This document shows, in pieces, positions 29,201 through 42,533 of a DNA stretch of 64,000 bases. Origin of the DNA: Proteromonas lacertae (Eukaryota). A program made the translations under genes and the position numbers. Location of the stretch: positions 62,001 to 126,000 of the forward strand of contig NGBS01000600.1 in the NCBI GenBank assembly GCA_002245135.1. Direction: 5' to 3'. A model generated the notes under the pieces. The model was not told the origin of the DNA and did not search any database. It worked only from the letters and a program-made list of their open reading frames with translations. Within the stretch, counting starts at the first letter, position 1; each line of letters opens with the position of its first letter.

Positions 29201-32200
29201 GAAGTATTTTGGGATAGGCCAAAAGCTGATGGTGGATTTGCTATTTCTGAATTTGATTTAGAATATTCACAAGATTCTGAATTTAAAAGTTCTGAGTATA
29301 TTAGAAACTTTGTACAATTTGAAACTCAAATGATTGATATTGAAAAACCAATTACTTCTGAAATAGTTAATTATGATATTTTAGTTCCAATCTATACACA
29401 AAAGACTTCCATTTCAACATCTCTACCTGATAATGATTTTGAGATTGCTGATAATACAATAGTAAAGCTGAATGTTACAGGAAAACCAGCTGAACCAACA
29501 GTATTGGAATTGACAATAGGTGAAGACAGTGGAATTGAAAAGTATAAACAAATTGAAGTGATTTCATTTGATGGTGATGCAAGTCCAACAAAACATAAGA
29601 TTTCTGTAACAAGTAAATTCATTCAAAGTAAACAAATAATTACAATAAAATCAAAGAATAATACAAATATACCATTAGATACTGAGTTTGCATTGGTTTA
29701 TAACAAAGATGAAATTGTATCTCAAATATCTTATCATAGAAATATATCAATTACATTTGAATATGGAATGAATGAAACTGTTTTAAGACAATTATTCAAT
29801 GAAGAATTTAAGACAAATTATAATATAAATGTTACTGTCGATGGTAGTAGTGATGATTTATTAAAAGTGATAATTGTTGAGTTTAATTTTGAAATTTATA
29901 TTCCAACTCCAATACTTATATCTGATGAATATGATATAAATATAACAACAATATCAAATGGAAATTATATCAATGATTTTACTCTTCAAGTTAAATATGA
30001 AGGTATGAATGATATTATCAATATATCAATTCCATCGTATTATGAAAGAATGAAATGGAATAACAGTATTCCTGTTAGTTTATTTGAGCCTTTGTGTATA
30101 AACTGTAGTTTAGGTTTAACTTACAATGAGTTACATGATGATGATATATATTATGTTGGTGGATTTGAATTAACAGTTGAATATAGTAATCATTTTGGTA
30201 AATATCCAAATATTGAAGATATAAAAGTAATAAATGATAATAATGAAAATATAACTGTTAGTTATTCAGTAATAAATAGTGGTAGTGAAATTGATGGTAA
30301 ATTCAAATTAGAATTTAATAATACAATTACTAATCCAATCAATTATCAACCAGTCTATAATCTAAGTAAAGAAATAGAAGAAAAATTGAATGAAATATTA
30401 GATAGTGATAATGATAATAAGACTATAAGTAGTGATATAGTTAATGTCAAAGTAACAACAATAACAACTCCAACCAATCATTTCTCTGTAAGAATCGAAA
30501 TAGAATTTGTGAATGAAACATATGCAGGAAAATTACCTGAAATAAAGATAGTAGATACACAATTCACACAAGAAGTTGAAATAAAAACAGAAACTGAATA
30601 TGGAGGACATATGTTTGGTTCGTTTGTGTTATATTTACCACAAAATCCATATAAAGGAATTAGATTTAGTTTAGATGATGAAACTGATTTAATTGTAAAG
30701 AAATTTGGTGAATTATATAATGTAATTGGTTTATACAATACATTTACAGTTGAAAAAGAAATAATTAATGAGAAAGTTTATAATCAAAAATGGACTATTT
30801 ATTATAACAATAATTACATGTTGAATGATGATGGAAGATATATATGGGGACCTTTATCAAAATTACATAATAAACCACCAAAAGTAAAAGAAGGACCAAC
30901 ATTTATGATTCATAATCGATTAACCAATCATACTGAAGCAATAATGATGAGATATTTAAATAGTGGAAATAATCACATGACTGGTAGTTACAAGTTGCAA
31001 TTTGACACAAGAAATTGTTCACTTTGTGCTGTAAAGAATATATATTACACTGATGATATTAGTTATGATGTAACAGTTGAAGAATTAGAAGAAATAATAG
31101 AAAAACTACCAAATATTGGTGATGTTAAAGTAAATAGTGATGAAATAGATCAATATACAGGTTCTATAGTATTTTATATCACATTTATATCTGATATTGA
31201 TGGAACTAATCCTGGAGTATTAGCATTAGGAAAAGAACCATTAACTGTTTATGAAAATTTATTAAAGAATAATGAAAATATTGAAATAGAAACTGTAGAA
31301 GTTGGTGCTTCATTGAGTGGTGAATTTGATTTGATATTATCATTGTATGATGAAAGTTGTACAATTAGAATTGATAATAAATATTCAAGCAATAGAAAAT
31401 GTATTATTATCTATAAATAACTTATGTCCATTTATAAGAAAAGTAAGTTTAAGTGAAACTATCAATAATGTTGTAAGAAGTGAAAGAACAATAGAATTTA
31501 CATTCATTTCCAATACATTATCAAAACCATATGGTTCTGGTTTTATCAATGTAACAATAGTTAATAATTTGATATATTATGTATTAAATGGAAGTGAAAT
31601 TATTGAAAGAGAATCAATCATATCAAAATCCACATCAAGAACACATGATGGATTGCACAACAATTGGTATTTAACAATTCAAAATAAAGAATATAACAGT
31701 ATAAAAGATATTAGAACAACAGATATAGAAGAATTATCTAATGATATAATGGATTTAGTAAATACTGAAGAATCTGAGTATAGAATATTTGTAAGTATTT
31801 CAAAGATTGGTTATGGTTGGAATGATGAAATATGTGATGGTGAATTAGGTGGTTATAAAATGAAAATTGAATTTGTTTTACATCCAGGAAGTAGTACAAA
31901 ATATGCCTATCCTCATGGTAGTTGTATGTATTCACCAATTGTTAATTTAACAATGAATTCAACTGATGATAAAGTAATTATTGAAAAAAATGTCATTTCA
32001 CAATGTTCACATGAATTTACAAAGTTTTATACATTTAGAAGTTATTATAATAGCAGTGTTTCAAATAATTATAGTTTGGATTTGAATAATGTTTCTTTTA
32101 TTGAATATTCATTATATGATTTGTTATACTATGGAGATGTATCTGTTACATTTATTGAACCAGTTTTAACCACAGAAATACAATCAATAAATGGTTATAT

Positions 32201-35200
32201 TAATAAAAATGATAGAGTGTTTACAGTAGAAAATAGTGATGATGAAAATATTGGTAGTTATTTCACAGTTGGTGATGAAATAAGAATCGAAGATAATGAA
32301 GTAAATAATGTATTAGATGGAACAAATAATTATATTAAAATAGCTGGAGGTGTAAGTGTTGATCAAGACAAGAATATGTTAATAATTGATCCACAATATC
32401 GATATTATATAAATGATAAAGATACAATAATAATAAATGGAGCTGAATATAACATAAAAGATGATTTTACACCAATGATAAACTATGTAATAGAGTTCAA
32501 TGGAAATGATAGTAGTATTTATTCAATAGGAATAAGAAATAATGAAAGTGATAGTTTATGTTTAAGAGATCCATTTAATTCAACAGATGTCATCATGAAT
32601 TTAATGAAATTAATTGATAATAAACGAATTGATTTAATAATAACAAAATTAGAAGAAAATGATAAATATAATTATACATTCAAATTATTAGATCAATTAT
32701 TCTTTAATGGAAGTGAATCAATAGAATCAATATTTAACACAATTGAGTTTTATGAATGTAATTTACCTGTGTATAGCAAGAAAGAAACACAACAAATAAT
32801 CATTGATAAGTTTATAGTAAAACCAAATTTCATGATTAAATATGATAATATACAATCATCTTGTATGAGTATTGAAGAATCTAAAGATATTTTAGATAAT
32901 TTGAAAGATGTATTAAAACAATCAAATATTACTAATAATAATGATATTACCATTAAAATAACACCAAGAGGGGTAAATACGTACTTATTGAATATAACAT
33001 TAACTAATTTGGATGAAGATATAAGTGAATATGAATTTGATCGATTATTTGAACTAATTTCATGCAATGAAATAGTCTTTAATGATTATCCATATGAAAT
33101 AACAAAATATGAAATATCTAAAGATGTTATTAAGAATGATGATTTATCCATTAAATATAACAATAAAACAGTGAAAGTAGAATCAATAAAAGAAGGTGAT
33201 ATATATGATTGTATTGAGAATCTAATGAATATAAAAGAATTTAATATTGAAATGAATGATGATAAGATAATTATATATTTATCAAAAGAAAAGATAAAGA
33301 GAAGAAGTGATATGGATAATGATAAGTTAATATTTATATCAAATAAAACTGCAATTGAAACTGTTGTTAATAATTATGTATTAGTTGAATATGTAGATTT
33401 CAGAGGTATTCCATCTTATATTTCATTCAATAAAACAATAACAGAAATAACAAACAACAATACAAATAATGAAATGGATAAAATTTTGAATAAGACAATG
33501 ATATTATCAAAATCCAATGGAATTTATACAAGATATATGTTTGAAAAAGATAATACAAATAATAATAAATATTATTATGCCAACATTATTGATTCTCATA
33601 TCACACCAAAAGAGTTTAATATTTTACACACAAAGACAATTGAATTAAATATAATAACAAATAGTTCATACAAATTGAATTACAATGGTAAAGAAAGTGA
33701 TTGTTTCAACAGTGATACAGAAAATAATCAAATAATTAATAATATTATTACATTATTCAATTTATATACACTTAAAGATAATTTGGTTATAAATATAAAT
33801 GAAGAAAATAAAAAGATAATTGATTTAATACATCCAAATATTGATGAATATGTTGATATGAGATTATTAAATATAAGAAAGTGTGATGTAAATGGAGATA
33901 AAGAAAGAATAGTAAATAAATATACAATAGAAAGAACTTCAACAATTGAAAATAGTGGAAGGATGGAAATTGAAGATATTTGTCCAATTGGAACAATCAA
34001 AGCAGAAGCAGATATTGGTTCTGGTGTAAAATCATTCAAATTTGATGATATAGATGAATGTATATCCAGTAAGAATAACTATAGAAATTTCTCATTTGTT
34101 TATCAAGACATTTATCATGTTCAAGTGTATATAAGAAAGAGTGAAACAAAATTGACATTATATTATATCGATTATAATTGTTATAATTCTACAGCTGAAT
34201 GTATTCCAAAAGATTTGAAGTTAAAATCATTTACAAGTGATGATTGTAAGGATGGTGAAAGTAAAGATGTGATATTTAATGAAAGTTATACAAATAAAAA
34301 TACAACCAATTTAATCAACACAATAACTTGTCCACTTTCCATAACAAATGATGATGTGTATAGAAAATCAACAATATACACAATCACTGATATAAGCATA
34401 TTAAACAATGAAATTACATTAGATAAACCTTATCAAGGATGGAGATATGATAATTTGAAGTTATACAGAGAAACTGGAAAAAGATACAGAATCTACTTTA
34501 GAAATATAGCTGATAATTTATTACCATTCTCTGCAAGTATTGAATATGAAAATCAAGTGACAATTTATCCAAAAATAAGTGAATTAATAGATGGTCATTT
34601 ACCAATGAGTCAAATATTACAGAATCTTGAAACAACAACATATTATATTAGAGTTAGAGCAATTACATTAAATCCAGAAGGTTATATTTATATAGGTAAA
34701 TTCAATGATGTTATATCTGCTAAGCCAATTACATTACCATCTAAACCAGATAGTATAAGTGCAGTTAGATCAAGAAATGTAAAAGAAATTCAAAGATTGA
34801 CATTAACTGCAAGTTTTAGACCTGAAATACAAAGAATTACTGTTGGTGGTCCAGTTGTGTATGATGTTTATGTAATTCATATTTATTCACCTGATCCTAA
34901 TAAAACAATTAGTGAATATCATTCTACAGTAGAATTAGAATCTTTAGTTCCAAGATCAACTGGAGGTAGTGATTTAATAGAATTGAAGAATGTGTATTTT
35001 AAGATAGTAATATGTGGTAAAGATGATAAATTACCATCAGGAAATGTACAATTAAAAATAGATGAAAATAATGTTTCATTATCATTAAATGATCCAAGTC
35101 AAGATAATGAAATATTTAAGGAAAATAGTAAATTATGTAAAAGTGTTTCTAGAAACACATATAACAATAGTTTATACATTACAGTGTCATGTTTTGAAAA

Positions 35201-38200
35201 TACTACAATAAAATCCATTGAATTATTACCAAATCAGAGTGAAATAATGAATTACAATGAAAAGGATAGTTATGTATCAAAATATCAATCATCAAAACAA
35301 TTAATTGATATGACAGCTGATGAATTGAAAGAAATATTAGAATTCTATCCAACAGTTTATAATGTTGATGTAATTAGAAGTACAAATAGTGATTCAAGTT
35401 CAATCTATTGGACAATTACATTCTATAATAATGCTGTGAGATTTAGTTGTGATGTAAATAATGAATTGATATGTGAAACATATGATGAAGTAAGAAGTAA
35501 TAATATTGAAGGAAAATTATATTTGGAATATGATAATAAAAAATTATCATTTGAATATCCAAATTCAATCTCTGTAAAAGATGTAAAACAAAGAATAAAA
35601 GATAAATTAAATATTAATGTAAATGTTTCACACAAATTCGAATCAAATTATAATATTTGGGATATAACATTTATTGAAGATTCTTATAATCATCCATTGA
35701 TAAAAGCAAATACAATTGATTTAGTTGGTTACAATATAGAAACTACCAATGAAATAATACAAAATGGAAATGAAATAGGTGGAATATTCAATATAATCTA
35801 CAATGAAAGTGTTTCAGTCGATTTTCCATACAATGTAAGTGAAGAATCATTAGTAAAAGGATTAGAAAGTCTTCCAGGAATAGATAAAGTTGAAGTAAAG
35901 AGAAATATTATAGGTACAGAAGGTGGATTTGAATGGTTAATTACATTTACAAGTGATAGTCAAAATCCAAGAGATTTAGAATTATTAGGAGTATATGATA
36001 GTGATTTAACAGGTGAGAATGTGAATTTACATTTGAATGAAATAGTGAAAGGAAGTGAAGATAGTCCATTTGGTGTAAGAGTTTCATTTAATCCATCGAA
36101 TATTGACAGTGGTTTACCAATTGTTTCATATTTATTGAAATATTATCCATTAATTAGTGATGGTAGTGATGATATGAATGTGAATACAATATTGTACAAT
36201 GATCCAATGTTCTTATATTATGAACAAAATATTACAATTAGTTTGAAAGATGTTGAAAATGATAGTGACAATAGTAATAATGATGATGAATTTAAGAACT
36301 TCACTTCATCATGTCAAACTAATAAAAAATCATTCAAATTGAAATATAATAAATACACAAGTGATTATATAAAATATGATATTTCAATTGAAGAATTAAG
36401 ACAAATTTTAGAATCAATTCCATCAATTAAGACAGTGAGTATAATAAAGAAAGAGAACTTTGCTAAAATTGGAAATATAACAATACCAAGAGAAGGTGAA
36501 GTGTATTACAACCTCAATAATGATGATAATAACAATAATGAATATTACAATCAAAGAAATAGTAATAATAATTATGACGATATGAATGTATATTTGAATA
36601 GAACCAAATTCTTACTAAAGAATGGAAGAATAATGAATGAATATAACAATAAATGGCCTGAAAGTGATGTAGAAATGAATGTAGAAATAGTTGAATCAAT
36701 AACATATTCAATTCGATTAGAGAAAGTAACAAAATATGAATTATTCAATATCATTAATGATAAAGATGATGAATGTGAAATATCAATAACAACACCAATA
36801 TGTGATGAATGTATTTACTTGAATAATTTGAAAGTTGGTAATAAATATATGATATCAATAGCTGGAATTAATGAACTTGGAACTGGTGAAGTAATAGAAT
36901 TAGAACATCCAATAATACCATGTGAAATATCAAATCCACCATTAAATGTGAAATTTATTAAAGTGAATAATATTACTTTAGATATAATATGGTCAGAGCC
37001 ATCTTATACAGGTGGATTACCAGTAATTGAATATTATACAGAAATCTCAACATCATCAGAATTTGAAGAAATAGTAGCAAATGGAACTATAAGAAATGAG
37101 AAAGAGTTTAGATATAGATTTAGTAATTTAGATCCAAGTTATACATATTATGGAAGAGTATTAGGTTATAATGGTGTAGAATTTGATAATAACAATCAGA
37201 GATGGGGAAATACAACCAAAGGAGTAAAACCAACAAATATAGTTCCATCAAAACCAGATGGTATTGTTATAAATATGTTAAACCCACAAACTATTCGAAT
37301 ATCCATAATAGAACCAATAAATGTTGGTGGAAGTGATATACTATATTATTCAATAGAATATGGTAATGAAGATGGAGTATATGATAATGTAATTAAATAC
37401 TATCCAAAAGAAGATGAAGAAATATATCCAAAAGATAAAGATCCAATAATTCAACAACACTTATTTGATTTAACCAATTTAACTGAAAGATTGGATTATT
37501 ATATTCGTGTAAGTGCAATAAATGAAATAGGAATGAGTGAATATAAGTATTCAACTCCAAAATCAATTCATTTACCATATATACCATCATATCGACATGA
37601 AATGAATGGTAAAATGATAAGAAAAGAAGATTCTGATATTGAAGAAATTGATTTAATGTTTAATGATAATCCAAATGAGTATATAACTAAATATGATGTA
37701 GTTATATATGATTATAACAAACCTATTTATACAGTTGATGAGATATCTATTCAATTGGTTCAATGTGATTCAAGTAAAGGATGTTATTATAGTATCAGTT
37801 ATTATTTAGATAAAGAATATTCACTTAGAATAAATTCAGATATTGATGTTTATGAATTAAGAGAAATGATATTGAATGAAATACCCAAATTATTAAACAT
37901 CGAAATTAATAAAAGAATAGTTAATGGAATTATAATTTATGAGATTAAATATTTAGATCTATTCTTCTTAAGAGAAATGAGATGTAAGAGTGAAAATGAA
38001 AATGAAATAATAGTGAAATGTAATAGAATAATTAATGGTTCAAACAGAAATGGACAATTTGAAAGACAAGTGTTGTATTTAGATGAAATGGAATATTCAT
38101 TCAGACCATTCATAGTAAAACAGGACGAAAAGATTTATGGTAATTACATAAAGAGAAGAAGTAACTGTAATGAAATGATAAGTGATATAGAATGGTCTTA

Positions 38201-40457
38201 TAGCTTATTATCAAATATTGGAAAAGTAAAAGTTATTGAAAGTAATCACAATACTAATGAATGTAAATATATAATAGAATTCCAATCTAGTTTTAATGAT
38301 ATTGAACCAATTTATATCGAATATAATGATGAGAATAGAACCATTGGTTTTACATGTGATGGTAATTATGATAATATTAATTATACTGATAAATGTAAAG
38401 ATGTAATAGCAGGAAATAAACCATCAAATTATAGAGAATTTACAATATCTAAATCTGATTTTATAGGTAATTATATAATAGGAAATGTTACTCCATCTAA
38501 TTACAGAATCAATTTATTTGTAGAATATAATTTATATCCAAAATCAACAATTTTAGAAGATGTATTAGTTGATTATAAATACACTATACCATCAAAACCA
38601 TTGAATGTAGAAATAAAACCATCATCAATCTATAACTCAATTATATTAAGTTATAACGAATCTTTATTAAATGGAGGTAAAGAAATATTAAGTTATGAAG
38701 TTGAAATAGCTGAAGACAAAGAATTTAGATGGATATATAAAGATCATTCAATTTCAATAGATGGAAAAGTATTAGAATCTAATTCAGTTATTAATTGTAA
38801 GAGTAATCCAAAATATGAAAAGTGGTTCATTAGTTTTAGAAATTCAAATGATAATAAAACAACATTTATGATTAAGATAATAACATTAAATTTCGTTTCA
38901 ATAACAAAACCAATATTTATTAATAAAGTTGTAGATGAAACTGAAAATGAAGTGATTGGTAATATTTATTATAACAATGGATATGGATCAATAGAATCAT
39001 CAATAAACTCATTAGAGGATGTTGGTGAAGTAAAAGTTGAAAAAATTAGTGATAATAATAATAATAATGAGTATATAATAACATTCTTAGATTTATCAGT
39101 TGATGTAAAAGATGTATCAGTTGTAATAAATGGTAATGATGATAAAATCGGTGGTAATTCAAGAAGATTAGAAAGTAAAGTATTAAATCCAAATCGATGT
39201 TTTGGTGATAATATAGAAATAATGAATTTAGATCCATACAGATCATATTATGTAAGAGTAAGAAGTGTAAATTCAATAGGTAAATCAGAATATGCCATTT
39301 CAAATAGTGAATTAAAACCAACAGTATATCCTGAAAGTGTAAATGACTTTAGAGTTTCAACTGAATCTGAATTATCAATTTCAGTTAGTATTATATTAGA
39401 AAATGAAGTTTCAAATACTGAATATTATGTTATTGAATGTGATGAATCAACAGATTTTAATTCAAATCCATCAGGTAGAATAATAAAGAATAGATTATTC
39501 TATTCAGAAATAACCAAATTAGTAGAATTAAAAGATTATGATATAAATAATAAATACGTAATTGAAAGAAGAATTGATGCTGTAGTAAATGGTTTAGTTG
39601 ATGGAAATATTTATTATATAAGAATAATAAGCGGTAATAGTAATGGTTGGAGTAAAGAATCTAAAATATCTGATCCTATAAAAGTTTATTCCATTCCTCA
39701 AAAGCCAATTTCAGTGAATGTTGGAATAACAAGTAGAAATTCAATGACAGTTGAAATGATGGATCCAGTTAATTCAATAGTAAATGAATATTTAATTCAC
39801 TGGAGTAAAAATGAGAGTTTTGATGATTATAAACAACATCGATTGATATTGAATGAGTCAAAATCATATACAATAATAGATTTAGAAGAGAATGAAGTAT
39901 ATTACATCCGAGTTGCTTCAGTAAATGATGTTGGAATGAGTGAATTCTTTTTTGAAGAAGTTGAATATAAACCAACAACAGTACCACCAGGTAAACCAAT
40001 AATTACCAAAATATCTCATAGTTATTTAGAAGTATCAATATCAGTTAAACCTCCAGTTATTCCTCATCATGGTATTTGGTGTAGTGGTTTGGAAAAAGCC
40101 AAGAATTGTCCAAAAGAATCAACATTTAATGAGAATATAGCTGATGGTGGAAGTGAAATATTGAATTATATTGTAGAATATTCGATTGATTCAAGATTTG
40201 AGAATAATAAATATACTTATAAAGTTAATGTAGAGAATAAAGTGAATAAAAATATAGTAATGAGATTTGAAGTTCCTTATGATGGAAAATGGTATTTTAG
40301 ATTATCAAGTGAGAATATAAATGGTAATTATTATTATTGTAATAGATTGAGTGTGAATGATGAATGTGATGGAGATGAATTGATAATAAATGCTACAAAA
40401 TTATATTTGCCAATAACCAAAGAAGATGAAGATAAAATTGAAATTGTTAAATCTTAA
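2211..40457 (+). CDS. Giant secreted multidomain protein (~12,700 aa if frames are joined): signal peptide, many fibronectin type III domains, 3 PA14 domains, filamin/Ig-like repeats and a recurrent E(I/V)QxI...GxF...WxITF module; assembled as 9 consecutive ORFs
   Basis: N-terminal hydrophobic signal MALKSIIYLYLLSLIFCC. Repeated FN3 signatures (WxxPxxxGGSxITxY...YxxRVxAxNxxG) occur throughout. At each ORF break the next frame is already open and continues the same domain, e.g. a PA14 domain spans 13,385 and a filamin-like repeat spans 12,026. Confidence 0.8.
7212..7630 (+). other. PA14-like domain 1 within the giant protein
   Basis: GLTAYYYEN...RIDSRIDFNW...SVKWNGKLKP...LKAGVYYDIEVDY...IQLYWSS. 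Confidence 0.8.
10782..11250 (+). other. PA14-like domain 2 within the giant protein
   Basis: GGLLASYY...RVDNEINFYW...FSMRWNGYI...FYLTSDG...YPIEISY...IKLEWE. Confidence 0.8.
13090..13515 (+). other. PA14-like domain 3 within the giant protein (spans a frame break at ~13,385)
   Basis: GGLNGTY...RIDNEINFNW...SIKWVGFI...FNDG, then in the +1 frame LTSKTIYPIEIEY...IELLWES. Confidence 0.8.
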
Positions 40458-40465
40458 ATAGACAA

Positions 40466-40466
<1 letters not shown>

Positions 40467-40496
<30 letters not shown>
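40467..40496. repeat. (TTA)n microsatellite just after the giant gene stop
   Basis: About ten tandem TTA units seen directly. Confidence 0.9.
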
Positions 40497-40501
<5 letters not shown>

Positions 40502-40725
40502 TATAAGATTGTTGTTTTATAAATTGATATAAAATTCTAATTAACAAGAATAGTTGCTTAGAAGTGTTTAAATTTATTAAAAAAAAATATAAAAATATGA
40601 ACAATAATTATATAAGTTTTAAATAAACAAAAATCATATTATGAGTTTGATTCAATTTGTTTGTGTTAGTTTATTGTTTCTATACCTGTTCTGCATCATA
40701 ATAAAGAGAAAGAAAAAAGAAATAA

Positions 40726-40741
40726 GCAAAAAGAATAAAAA
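40726..40741 (-). terminator. Oligo-T Pol III terminator of the 5S gene
   Basis: Minus strand TTTTTATTCTTTTTGC at the 5S 3' end; Pol III terminates at T-runs. Confidence 0.7.
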
Positions 40742-40858
40742 GAATCATTACTATGACTTCACACAGATTCCCCCACTGTACTACTATCATAACTCATGCA
40801 ATCTTAACTTCGCAGTGCTGATAGGATGCGGTGTTTTATTGTAGATATGAACGATTCT
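40741..40858 (-). rRNA. 5S ribosomal RNA (single dispersed, divergent copy, 118 nt)
   Basis: Minus strand reads AGAATCGTTCATATCTACAATAAAACACCGCATCCTATCAGCACTGCGAAGTTAAG...TTATGATAGTAGTACAGTGGGGGAATCTGTGTGAAGTCATAGTAATGATTCT. This matches the eukaryotic 5S core (CACCGnATCCnATCAGnACTnCGAAGTTAAG; TAGTA...GAA loop E). Helix I AGAATCGTT pairs with AATGATTCT, and GTTATGA pairs with TCATAGT. An oligo-T run follows immediately. Confidence 0.9.
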
Positions 40859-41101
40859 GATTATTTTTTCACTCTTTTTTCTTTATATATCAATCTCTTT
40901 CATAATTTCTTATAAACTATTAATATCATTCTAATAATGAATTTATAAAAAGAAAATTAATAACATATCAATTTATTCATGTGTTTATATTATTATCTAT
41001 GCATATTATACTATGAAAAAATAATCATATTATACATCTAATATTCTAATATTTTCTTCTTTTTAAAGTATAATATGACAAACGGCCAAATAAAGATCAG
41101 T

Positions 41102-41740
41102 TGTTGTGCGCTATTTGTCATAGTTGGCCATTTGTCTACCACACACTTTTAAAACAAACTAAATGTATATTCTTACTTGTCTTGATGAAATATTGTTACT
41201 TTTATACTTACTTTGTTATATGACCAACCTCTGCAGTATACTTTTTTGATAATATAAATAGTTTGAATATTTGCGCTGTTTGTTTTCTAGAAATTTTTGA
41301 AGCAAACTAAATGCATATTTAGCGAATATAGACTAAAATACATTAGCTGAAATAATTAGAATATAATAATTTTTAAATCTTTCTATATAAATAAATAGAT
41401 ATAAAAAATAGGCTTGAGTAATGCTTGATTCAGTATTTTCTTTTTTCATTTTAAATGTCTTATGATCAATATTAAGTTGTTCTAATCATTTCAGCTACTA
41501 TATTTTAGTCTATATTAGCTAAATATGTATTTAGTTTGCTTCAAAAATTTCTAGAAAACAAACGGTGCAAATATTTAAACTATTTATATTATCAAAAAAG
41601 TATACTGCAGAGGTAGGTCATATAACAAAGTAAGTATAAAAGTAACAATATTTCATCAAGACAAGTAAGAATATACATTTAGATTGTTTTAAAAGTGTGT
41701 GGTAGACAAACGGCCAAACTATGACAAATAGCGCACAACA
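41102..41740. mobile_element. Non-autonomous fold-back/MITE-like element, copy 1 (~640 bp; ~260-bp TIRs, ~120-bp spacer; ends TGTTGTGCG...CGCACAACA)
   Basis: 41102-~41361 is the reverse complement of ~41480-41740 with few mismatches. The same sequence recurs at 46.4k, 60.9k and 63.6k. No ORF. Confidence 0.9.
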
Positions 41741-42533
41741 ATGCTGATCAAAGAACATTTTTTGGATTTATTTCTTCAGCACTTGTTCAACATTGATATA
41801 ATTGGTGGATTAGCAGGTACAGCTGAAATACATTAAGATAGAGGAATAGGAGCAGATAATCAATTTATTGGACTATCTTTAATTTCTCATCAATACTTAG
41901 GTTTATTTAATTAATCATTAATTAAAGCAATATATCCAGATCATAATGAAATTCCTTGAAGGTCTAGGAAATTGCTTACTATCGATTGCCTGATGACTTT
42001 GCCTTCTCTTAGATGCCTTGCCTTACCTGATCATTAACTTATCCTTGTCCTTGATAATACCTTAAACTAGTCCTTTGAATCGACAGAAATCTGTAGTTGA
42101 ACTTTTCCTTTAAAGTCATCATAGCAAATGTCCGTCAATAGAAAACATGGATTTATTTCAAAATTAAAAATTTCGTGTTATAATTATATTGTTTCTTTTT
42201 ATGTTCATATGTGTGTAATGTTGTAAATTCATATGTATAAATCTATAAATTAAGTACTGTTTCTTTGAATACTGTGAATTAATGAATATTAAAATTTAGC
42301 TTAATTTACATAATATTCAGATTATGTCAATTTGTTTCATATTTCTATTATGGAGTGATACTATTCATGTAAATGTAGTATACATTCTTGATATAATATG
42401 TAGTATTTATGAAAAACTAATTTTGAAAAAAAGGACAGAAAAGGACCTACAGGTTATATTGTCCTTCTTTAGAAAGGACAGAAAGGAGAATTTAAATAAC
42501 AAATATAGCTATGTTATATATTGGGTAAAATAA

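Noticed and set aside
31412..31420. AAA-TAA at an ORF end as Euplotes-type stop-triggered +1 frameshift
   Set aside because: Protein similarity places the shift ~35 nt upstream (IQAIENVLLSI fits the repeat module), and the other junctions lack AAA-TAR.
3152..39999. Many short ORFs antisense to or out of frame within the giant gene
   Set aside because: Shadows of biased codon usage; no recognisable motifs.
40641..40844. 67-aa ORF on + strand
   Set aside because: It is the antisense shadow of the 5S rRNA gene and its terminator.
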